A stretch of DNA of 63,166 nucleotides, the filler included, from Octopus bimaculoides (taxonomy: Eukaryota): the NCBI RefSeq assembly GCF_001194135.2. It is 6 parts of 5 records of this genome, joined end to end, with 100 filler letters (N's around TTAATTAATTAA, not from the genome) between each part and the next. Parts side by side here need not be neighbours in the genome. Positions count along the whole stretch, not along the records: positions 45,660 to 60,048 come from NC_068983.1; positions 60,149 to 61,407 come from NW_026392686.1; positions 61,508 to 63,166 come from NC_068982.1; 3 more parts are not named here. One strand, given 5' to 3'. The position numbers and the translations under genes were made by a program. Positions 54,970-63,166 of this stretch are shown one piece after another. The notes below the pieces were generated by a model. That model did not search any database and was not told the DNA's origin. It saw only the letters and a list, made by a program, of their open reading frames with translations. Every line of letters starts with the position of its first letter. Positions within the stretch are counted from its first letter, which is position 1.

Positions 54970-55221
54970 TACTACTAATATTATTATATATTATTATGTG
55001 AGGACACCTGGATTAGATCAAGAATGAGGGCAGAAACAGGTGTGTTGCTGTGGAGGAGATACCTGGCTACCAAGCCAAAGGGAAGAAAAAGAAATCGTTA
55101 ACTTACCTGAACTTAATTGAATCAAAGTAGATATATTAATTTTGGTTGTTATTGAATTTGTTGTAGGCCGGTTATGTAAAGGTGTAATTATTGGAGGGCA
55201 CACGCCTCCAGCACTTGGCAT
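46195..55221 (-). CDS. Protein with a DZANK1-like N-terminal (chitobiase/Fn3-associated-like) domain; join(55107-55221, 54614-54767, 52150-52291, 49809-49953, 47936-48099, 46742-46934, 46195-46298), at least 339 aa, 3' end uncertain
   Basis: Seven exons with GT-AG ends and matched phases 1,2,0,1,0,1,0 give 1017 nt with no stop. The N-terminus MPSAGGVCPPIITPL...SSETQGCRIYFTTDGTKP...TFKYFAPFTLKPGKRTIKTIAVSRDGLQESVVVTKTFFVE parallels DZANK1 (MTAGSV..P.I.PL...IYYTLDGSKP...FKY..P.TL..GK..VKAIAVS.D...S..VTK.F.V) as recalled. Confidence 0.85.
46482..46725. repeat. 33-bp minisatellite (GATCACGTTATAAAAGGATTAACACATCTGGAG) x4, two 27-bp variants and degenerate copies
   Basis: Units start at 46482, 46515, 46548, 46581 (33 bp), 46614, 46641 (27 bp) and 46668. 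Confidence 0.95.
46742..46934 (-). CDS. DZANK1-like gene exon 6 (GLNDNNRAVTIGEIRNIIEEN...VVERLTYRDPPLQDVSVGH)
   Basis: ttacctttcag|GGT CTG ... CAC G|gtgagt; 193 nt, phase 0 to 1. Confidence 0.85.
47936..48099 (-). CDS. DZANK1-like gene exon 5 (EMQELQK...FGVPPNLSRNFHEYF...YGFITEQMIR)
   Basis: ttttatttgcag|AG ATG CAG ... ATA CGT|gtaagt; 164 nt, phase 1 to 0. Confidence 0.85.
49190..49700 (+). mobile_element. RTE LINE 3' end with the same tail as SINE family S1
   Basis: HVMRMDDDSCIKKC / VEGACGKGRPRKIWDEVMRRDLWMLGLVEEMTRDWKMW (RTE C-terminal GRPRK.W motif), followed by a 3' UTR ending TGTCAAACCGTCCAACCCTTGCCAACATGGAAAGCAGACATTAAATG. Confidence 0.8.
49809..49953 (-). CDS. DZANK1-like gene exon 4 (NDHFLSEGEDK...YRNSS)
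   Basis: cccttaattacag|AAT GAC ... TCA G|gttttt; 145 nt, phase 0 to 1. The donor is weak but is required for phase. Confidence 0.7.
50750..50881 (+). mobile_element. RTE-like LINE extreme 3' coding remnant
   Basis: TFPDPSSWNSGLDIRDLNTAMQNHVVWKTII resembles the RTE C-terminal ..TGL...DL.TAM.DR..WR.I motif. Confidence 0.5.
51613..51661 (-). ncRNA. Minimal hammerhead ribozyme, left arm (complete topology)
   Basis: AAGACAC-CUGAAGA-A-GGCUG-GAGGGUAUAU-CAGCC-GAAA-UG-UU^GUGUUU: helix I AGACAC/GUGUUU (6 bp, one G-U), 5-bp helix II, minimal helix III and a GUU triplet. Predicted cut between 51619 and 51618. Confidence 0.75.
51933..51980 (+). ncRNA. Hammerhead ribozyme, right arm (core intact, cleavage site damaged)
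   Basis: Same core at 51940-51971, followed by CGUGUUAAC. A 3-nt deletion relative to the left arm turns the NUH triplet into GUG and disrupts helix I. Confidence 0.6.
52150..52291 (-). CDS. DZANK1-like gene exon 3 (RDGLQESVVVTKTFFVE...YYSK)
   Basis: tatctcttccag|A GAT GGA ... AGT AAA|gtaagt; 142 nt, phase 2 to 0. Confidence 0.9.
53335..53710 (-). mobile_element. S2 SINE copy
   Basis: Same body and tail as the other S2 copies. Confidence 0.88.
54405..54481. mobile_element. 77-bp Tc1/mariner-type mini-MITE
   Basis: CAGGGTGTCCATAAA...TTTATGGACACCCTG|TA, within a (TA)n/(TACA)n tract. Confidence 0.8.
54614..54767 (-). CDS. DZANK1-like gene exon 2 (ETQGCRIYFTTDGTKP...KTIAVS)
   Basis: atacttgcag|AA ACA CAA ... 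TCC AG|gtaaaa; 154 nt, phase 1 to 2. Confidence 0.9.
55107..55221 (-). CDS. DZANK1-like gene first coding exon (MPSAGGVCPPIITPL...; exon begins at 55230)
   Basis: atttctttccag|GAA TGA AAA ATG CCA ... TCA G|gtaagt. An in-frame TGA sits two codons before the ATG and all read-through frames are closed. The acceptor implies an unseen upstream non-coding exon. Confidence 0.85.
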
Positions 55222-55579
55222 TTTTCATTCCTGGAAAGAAATATGAAGGTTCACATTATTTTATGCAGTTCTAATGGAAGTCACAGCTGAAGCGTTCTTG
55301 ATCTGATTCTTGTTTGAAACTGTCTTCCCATTCTGTTAATACTCATTACACTCTTTCAGAAATATTTCTCATCTTGTGGGCAATAATCCTAGAATACCAA
55401 CAATATCTTGTTGCTTGGAGATTTTGAGGAAAAAAAAATGCAATATTTGAAATACACAAATAACAACTACTCTTTCTACCATAGGACAAAGCCTGAAATT
55501 GTGGCGGTTGCCGATTCCATCAACCCTCCCTTCACTATTTGGCTGTTACTTATTTCTTCAACTCCAAAAGGATCAAAGA

Positions 55580-55980
55580 CAAGTAGCTGTGTGGTAAGTA
55601 GCTTGCTTACCAACAACATGGTTCTGGGTTCAGTCCCACTGCGTGGCACCTTGGGCAAGTGTCTTCTACTATAGCCTCGGGCAGACCAAAGCCTTGTGCG
55701 TGGATTTGGTAGACGGAAACTGAAAGAAGCCCGTCGTATATATGTATATGTATATATATATGTGTGTGTTTGTGTGTCCGTGTCTGTCCCCCCAACATCG
55801 CTTGACAACCGATGTTGGTGTGTTTGCGTCCCTGTAACTTAGCGGTTCGGCAAAAGAGACCGATAGAATAAGTACTAGGCTTACAAAGTATAAGTCCTGG
55901 GATCGATTTGCTCGACTAAAGGCAGTGCTCCAGTATGGCCGCAGTCAAATGACTGAAACAAGTAAAAGAGTAAAAAGAGT
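55580..55980 (+). mobile_element. S2 SINE copy (near full length)
   Basis: GTGTGGTAAGTAGCTTGCTTACC...GGGTTCAGTCCCAC...GACTGAAACAAGTAAAAGAGTAAAAAGAG. Confidence 0.9.
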
Positions 55981-58900
55981 ACACAAAAAGACAAGATGGC
56001 TGTTTGGAATCGGCACTAAATAACAACTGATCAGCCAGCAGCATCATCATCATCATACCTTAACATAATGAGCCGTAGTAGCATCAACATCATTGTCATA
56101 ATCAACCATATCAACACCAAATGCGATATGCTTACAATGACCTCCTATTACTGAGGAGGCACATGGCTTAGTGGTAAAGGTGTTGGACTAATGATCACAT
56201 GATTGTGGTTTCAATTCCTGACTGGGCAATGAGTTGTCTTCTTGAGCAAAACACTTTATTTCACATTGCTTTAAAAGTCCACTGAGCTGGGAAAAATGAG
56301 TAATCCTGTGATGAACTAGCATCCCATCCAGGTGGGGAATATATTCACCACGGAAACCAGGAAACTGGGCCTGTATGGGTCAGCATGACTAAAGATAAAC
56401 TTTACCTTAGCTTTTTTACTTCTTATTAATCATCATTTACTGGCCGTTGTCCATGCTGGCATGGGTTGGACAGTTTGACTGGGCTGGCATGCTGAAAGGC
56501 TGCGCCAGACTCCATTCTGATTTGGCATGGTTTTCTACGGCTGGATGCCCTTCCTAATGCCAATCACTCGGAGAGTGTAATGGGTGCTTTTATGTGTGAC
56601 CAGCACAGGTGCTAACTTTCCTAATGTCAACCACTCCAAGAGTGTAATGGGTGCTTTTATGTGCCACTGGCAAAGGTGCCATTTGCATGACACCAGGATC
56701 CTTGCGTTTGTTAATCTTTAAATTCACATTTGTTCAATCTTAACAGTTCTATTGTTATTATCTTTTAATATTCGTCTCTCAAGATGGTATAAACAGGATG
56801 ATTTGACAGGATCCAGAATGCTCCTATGTCTGTTTTGTCATGGTTTTCATGGCTAGATGCCTTCCTTAATGTCAACCAATTTTGCAGTGAGTACTGGATG
56901 CTTTTTAAATGGTGCCAGGACAAGTGAAGCAGCAAGACTAAGGTTGCTTTTGAGTTAGAGAGGAAGGTGGCTTTATGCTAGGAGATAAGAAGTTCAAGTA
57001 CAAGGCCCGATAAAAAAATAGTAGTGGGACTGTTGCTATGGAAACGGAGCTAAAGTATGCTGAACTGCTAAGTTCCTGGAACATAAACAAACCAGCACCA
57101 GTTGTCAAGTAATAAGGAGACAAACAAACACACACACATATACATACATACATACACATACTCACACACACATGATGAGCTTCTTTCAATTTCAATCAAT
57201 CAAATCTACTCAAGGTTTTTGGCCCAGGGTCACATTAGAAAACACTTAATTAAGGTGCTATGCAGTTGGTCTGAACCCTAATCCATGTGGTTGGGAATCA
57301 AACTTCTTAACCACACAACCATCATTTTATCTTTTTTTTTAAGGCATGTTGTCTGAATTACTTTATCCAATGTAATTTAAGATTTGGCAGTTGTTTCTAG
57401 CAGGTTGAGTGACTACATAACAGCTCCTACATTTTCTTGTAGTCAGTGGTTTTGTTTGGGTGTCCGTCACCCAGAGAACAATATACTGTTATCACCAAGA
57501 TTTATTTGCTTAGAGACAAGCATCAACTGATTAATCTCGCTAAGTAATGCTCCTTAGAATTTCCAGCCATGAAATTTCAGCTGTTCAATCAATTAATCCA
57601 CCTATTTATTGAATTCCTGTGTAAATGGCTAAGTATATCACACACATGATATGATGGCAGTTTCTTCATGTCCAAAGATCATGAGAATGAATGGCATGCC
57701 CTCAAGTGTTAAGTAAACCAATCTTTGACGTTGCAGGGCTCTTCTTGCTGTCTGTGCTGATTAGTTTTAAACTGAACCAGTTCCATACATTTCAATCCCA
57801 CTTTTCAGACATGGAGACCTGAAAACGATAGCTCAGTGGCCTAAGACGGCTATGGCAACCAACCAGGGGTAGGTTTCACATTGGAGAGGCCTTCTCCTAG
57901 GTCAGTTGCCTTTTAGGGCTGGGGAGCTGCACCTACCCTGGAGATGCATGAAGGGTCTCAAAGAGAGCACCAAACTGCCTGAAGGATTCCACTATTTCAT
58001 CTGTTGTCAAGGTTGACAACCCTAGCCTTTCCTTTTCCCAAGGCTCTCACAAAGCATTAAGGCTACATGTGTACCCTTAATGCACACATTTTGCCTTAAT
58101 GTAATTCCAAGGGGTAGTGTTAGCATAAGACTGGACCTTTGAATTACCGGTACAACCCATCAAACAACCTTCTGTACATTATCGGTCTGTCCAGTTTTCA
58201 TTCATAAGTGTAGTGTCAACTCAAAGACTAAAGTAAAAAAACTTTGATCCAGGTTGAACCTGGAACCTTGTGATAACAAAGCAAACCTTTAAACTATTCA
58301 GTCATACTCTTTGTATCTTTTCTATTGGTTCAAGGTCTGAAATTTTGTGGGAGAGAGGTAATTGCTTACATAGACCCCAGGGCTTGACCAGTACTATTTT
58401 ATCGACCCTGAAGGAATGAAGGGCAAAGTCAGCTTCAGTGTACTTTGAACTCAGAACATGAAACCAGAAGAAACGCTACTTAGCATTTTGTCTGGCATGC
58501 TGGTAATTCTCTGTTTGCCATCTTATACTGTGTTTGTATAAAAAAAAAAAATCAATATTAGCATATTTAATGAAGTTAGCATTAAGAAGCTAATTAGAAG
58601 AGAGAAAAAGTAATATCAGTTCAATAATTAACATCATTGTAATCTGAGTAATTAAATACACTAATTTGTTATTTTATAATACAATAATTTTTCCCAGCTC
58701 CTCGTCTATAATATTGTGCATTTATCTAGTGATTCTCTTGTCACTACTTCAGCAAATAAACGGTGAAGAGTATGCTTGGCTGAGGAACATCAAAACCTGT
58801 CTGAAATTTTATTGTGTCTGGGGAGAGTCATTCTCTTTTAGTGCCTTATTAATTTAACACACTCACTGGTCTGATTTCCACTCATTTATTCAGTTTTATT

Positions 58901-60048
58901 AAAATTTTCTTTTCTGTCATTGAGTTCTTACTCATCCCTAAAAGCATGGGAAAGTTAACAACATTAAAATGATGAAGAGATGATAAGTAAATCAGTCACG
59001 AGGAGCAAAGCAATGACAACCCCCCACCCAATGCTCAACTGATACTTGTTTCATAGACCCTGAGAGGATGAAAGATAAAGTTAACCTTGGCAGAATTTGA
59101 ACTCAGAATACAAATAGGCAGAAGAAATATCCTTAAGCATTTAGTCCAGCATAACAAAACTGCCACCGCACTGCCTTATTAATAATAATAATAATCTTTT
59201 CTACAATACACAAAACACCTGAAATTTTAGGAGGGAGGGATGGAGGGGAGTCAATTACATTAACCCCAGTGCTCACCTACTTATTTTATTGACCCTGGTA
59301 GGATAAAAGGCAAAGTTGACTTCAACAGAATTTGAACTCAGAACATAGACGAAATGTTGTTAAGCATTTTGCCAGGCGTGCTAACGATTCTGCCAGCTCA
59401 TCACCTTAATAATAATAATATGCCAAAGGATAGAAATTTGCTGGGAAGAATTTGATTAAAGTGGCCCAAGTTCTCGACTTGTACTTCATTTTATCGATCC
59501 CAGAATGAATGAAAGGCTAAGTTATCCATGGTGACATTTGAACTTGGAACATAAGCTGAGATTAAATACCACAAGGCAGGAACAGGTGTGGCTGTGTGGT
59601 AAGAAGCTTGCTTCCCAACCACACAGTTCTGGATTCAGTCCCACTGGGTAACACCTTAGGCAAGTGTCTTTTACTATAGCCTTGGGCCAACAAAAGTCTT
59701 CTGAATAGATTTCATGGATGGAAACTGAAAGAAGCCCATAGTATTCTTTTACTTGTTTCAATCATTTGACTGCAGCCATGCTATATATCATCATCATCAT
59801 CATCATCATCGTTTAACGTCCGCTTTCCATGCTAGCATGGGTTGGACGATTTGACTGAGGACTGGTGAAACCGGATGGCAACACCAGGCTCCAGTCTAAT
59901 TTGGCAGAGTTTCTACAGCTGGATGCCCTTCCTAACGCCAACCACTCAGAGAGTGTAGTGGGTGCTTTTACGTGTCACCCGCACGAAAACGGCCACGCTC
60001 GAAATGGTGTCTTTTATGTGCCACCCGCACAAGAGCCAGTCCAGGGGC

Positions 60049-60148
60049 NNNNNNNNNNNNNNNNNNNNNNNNNNNNNNNNNNNNNNNNNNNNTTAATTAA
60101 TTAANNNNNNNNNNNNNNNNNNNNNNNNNNNNNNNNNNNNNNNNNNNN
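60049..60148. other. Artificial assembly spacer (44N + TTAATTAATTAA + 44N)
   Basis: Identical 100-bp pattern. Confidence 0.97.
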
Positions 60149-60513
60149 CTATACAGCTTTCTTCTCTTATAGTTTTAGTATTAGCTATAACTTGTGCGTT
60201 GCTCTTTTGGTTTGAGTTTTATTCGCATTTGCAAAACAACTAACTTCTTATTGTGAGCCAGTGCAGGGGTCTCTATATAGCCCCGAGAAACAGCATTGAA
60301 AAAAAATGACTCGAGTAATATCCATACATCTTTAAAAATTGAGGGTCTGTTAGGTAATTAGAATCCGAAATCGTCGACAGTCCTTACAGAGGATGAGGTG
60401 CTCACCTTTAGAACTGCATTTTCGCATAGACCATCTTCATCAGAAGAGAACTCACGTTAAACAATATCTTATTCATTAGTGTTTAATTTATTGTTGGTGT
60501 TGTTATATGTAGT

Positions 60514-60836
60514 GAAGGCGCGTGGGTAAGTGGTTAGGGCATTCGGCTCAAGGTCGTAAGGTCCTGAGTTCGATTCCCGGCTATGCGTTGTGTCGTTGAG
60601 CAAGACACTTTATTTCACGTTGCTCCAGTCCACTCATCTGGCAAAAATGAATAGTACCTGTATTTCAAAGGGCCGGCCTTGTCACGCTATGTGTCACGCT
60701 GAGTCTCCCTGAGTACTACGTTAAGGGTACACGTGTCTGTGGATTGCTCAGTCACTTACACGTTAATTTCACGAGCAAGCTGTTCCGTTGATCGGATCAG
60801 CTGGGACCCTCGTCGTCGTAACCGACGGAGTGCTCC
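60514..60836 (+). mobile_element. S3-related SINE with a different head/middle but the same 3' module
   Basis: Head GAAGGCGCGTGGGTAAGTGGTTAGGGCATTCGGCTC..GAGTTCGATTCCCGG, middle TGTGTCGTTGAGCAAGACACTTTATTTCACGTTGCTCCAGTCCAC, then CCTGTATTTCAAAGGGCCGGCCTTGTCAC...CGACGGAGTG. Confidence 0.85.
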
Positions 60837-61407
60837 TTTTTTTTTTGTTATATGTGTTTCTATTGGTGAGGAAGTTGGGGGGCACCCCATTACAAGCTGT
60901 AATAATTCTTCTTATCTCATAGAAAGAGTAAAGATTTCAATGAAGACGGGCTCCACGTAGCTGACTTGCTCTGTTCGAAGACATTGTTTTATGCAAGGAT
61001 TTACTTACGGAAACACAGCATTCTGCTCCTCCTGTTCCGCCTCCTTCCTTGCCTCCTCTTTCAACGATACAGCCTGTTTGTGAAATTAACGTTCAAGTGG
61101 CTGAGCACTCAGAGACTCACTAAATTTGGTTTTTGTTGCTGATTAACCCCAAGGCATTCCAGATCGGTCAGATCTAAGGTGATTTTCGCCATTCCTAAAT
61201 TGACCCGTACTTTGTGAGTGAAATTCAGTAGAAGGAAGCTGCGCAGAATCCCATCAGAGAGTTTGTACCTATAATTCCAAAGATATAGTCGTCTCACTCA
61301 CACACTGCATCACACAGATTCTGCCTGAGAATTACGTTAAAAGTACATGTGTCTGTGGAATACTCAGCCACTCACTCGTTTATTCAAGAACAGATTGTTC
61401 AGTTGAT

Positions 61408-61507
61408 NNNNNNNNNNNNNNNNNNNNNNNNNNNNNNNNNNNNNNNNNNNNTTAATTAATTAANNNNNNNNNNNNNNNNNNNNNNNNNNNNNNNNNNNNN
61501 NNNNNNN
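61408..61507. other. Artificial assembly spacer (44N + TTAATTAATTAA + 44N)
   Basis: Identical 100-bp pattern. Confidence 0.97.
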
Positions 61508-63166
61508 ATATGTATATGTATGTACATATGTATGTATGTAGCTATAGAGTAGGGTTTCTATGGCTTAGTGGAAATGATCAGATATAGAATAGAAGCAGAG
61601 AAAGGAGGAGGGAAGTACAGTTCTGGTCAGTATGGTGAAAGGGAACGTCATTGGGGTTTAAGGAGTTTCACTCACAGTCATGGATGGTGTCTGACTACAG
61701 AGAACTGAGGAGATAAGTAATGAAAAAGAGGAGTCAGGACGTGGGTAGCCGTGGATGAAAATATACTTAGATGGAGAGAAAATGGTACAAGGAGAATGAA
61801 GAAAAAAAATATAGCAACCGTAGCTAAAGAATAAGGGCTTAATACGATTAGAATAAATCATAAAAAACTTTACGCAATGGGCCGATACAGAATATAATTT
61901 GTAATTACATGAGAAGCTTACGTCAGAGAACCTATCGAGTAACTAGGTACCATGATGGCAAAGAATAGCAAGCGATTCCATGCAACAAAACTTATAAACA
62001 CAGTTGTTAATATCGTGCGGAGAAGCCCCCAAATCTACAGATTAAAATAAGGTAAAGGGAATATTCTAGTACTTTTGGCGATGTATGTATGTATGTAGCT
62101 AGGGAGGTAGAATTTAGAGGCTTCATTTGAGAATGAATTTAGGTAAGGCCGGTAACGTCACGTGAAATGAACAGTGCCGCCAGTGGAGAGCCTTGTATGA
62201 TGGGAACACGGGGTTACTATTCGGCATATATATACACGATTTATAGTCTAAAGGAAAGTTCATCTATCGGACATAGTCGGGAGACTCAACGATAACAGGT
62301 TTTTCTTGCAGTGATAAGGCTCGGGATCAATCCCTATTGCAGGTGTAGAGGGGAATCACAACTCTCATATCTCTTAGAGTTACTAGTATTAAGGGCTATG
62401 GTATCGGATTGCTACCATTGAAATGGGTAGGTTTCTCGAAGCTCATATATGCGCTAATACTATCTGTATTTCTAGAAATAGGCATGATATCATACTTAAT
62501 ACACAGATTCTTGTTTCTTGTTTATTTTTGTATAAATGTAAAACACAAATTCATAACACGAATGAAATCAACTCATTCTCAGCATTGACAATTGCGGTGA
62601 TGACTACAACCGGTTACATTCATTATGTACAGAAACATCGTCGGTTAGGTGCACTTTGTGACTACAGCTGTATCGCAAGCTTGTAAATGGTGTCGTTGAC
62701 GAAATTTGGCAATTGCACACTACATGCATGTCTTTGCTTATCCCGCCAACGACGTTTATCAGGAAACGGAGTACTTGAACAGATACCCTTAGCAATCTCG
62801 TGTGAATCACGGCCTGATTTGGTATATTTTTAACGAAACAAGCAGACAAAAGGCACAGTTGACCACAGGAAGATTTCAAATGGGATTGCAATGAGTCGGA
62901 GCGAGTAGGTTGAGAATGTGATTTAGTTCCACAATGCCAATTTCATCTTGGCATCTTTGATTACTTAGCTAAGCATGACAATACTATTTTCTGTTGAGTA
63001 TCAACGTCGCCTCTTTTTAAAGCGTAACAACATCTTCCTTGATGTTTTACAATTTTGCAACTCAGTCTCAGATCAGATAACATTGGCCACGAAGAAGTAT
63101 TATTATCGTGAAAAGGAGGAAGAAATGTATTTAAGATGTTCCCATTAGTGACGTAACACAAAGTCA

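Noticed and set aside
61508-63166. Relatively complex sequence with short ORFs in the last contig
   Set aside because: It has multiple stops in all frames and no recognisable domain, splice chain or terminal repeats. It may be an old transposon but cannot be supported without a search.

Overview
This is eukaryotic, AT-rich, microsatellite- and SINE-dense DNA with the repeat landscape of a coleoid cephalopod (octopus-like; inferred from the SINE/RTE families and simple-repeat load). It is not one contiguous molecule: five artificial 100-bp spacers (44 N + TTAATTAATTAA + 44 N) join six pieces. Two spliced protein-coding genes lie on the minus strand, reconstructed by hand from GT-AG sites and exon phases; most of their exons are absent or misframed in the ORF track. 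(1) A Myt1/Myt1l/St18-family CCHHC zinc-finger transcription factor: 8 phase-compatible exons from 45559 to 16966, three C2HC fingers, the conserved SDRVLRPM...TPRxNLAKELEKY block, and very large polyQ/H/G/A/N/E tracts. Its 5' end is cut by a spacer and the expected further fingers are not visible. (2) A 7-exon, at least 339-aa gene (55221 to 46195) whose N-terminus resembles DZANK1 but which shows no zinc ribbons or ankyrin repeats in the exons seen. The repeats include two Penelope-like element remnants, RTE LINE fragments, four SINE families, mariner/Tc1 MITEs and minisatellites. The most unusual object is a ~480-bp palindromic retro-insertion (51573-52054) with a 12-bp target-site duplication. 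It consists of two head-to-head copies of a tRNA-like Pol III head followed by a minimal hammerhead ribozyme, and it sits in intron 3 of gene 2. A second hammerhead core lies at the 3' end of the Penelope-like element at 582-624. No CRISPR array, rRNA or bona fide tRNA gene was found. All coordinates were counted by hand; repeat boundaries are approximate.
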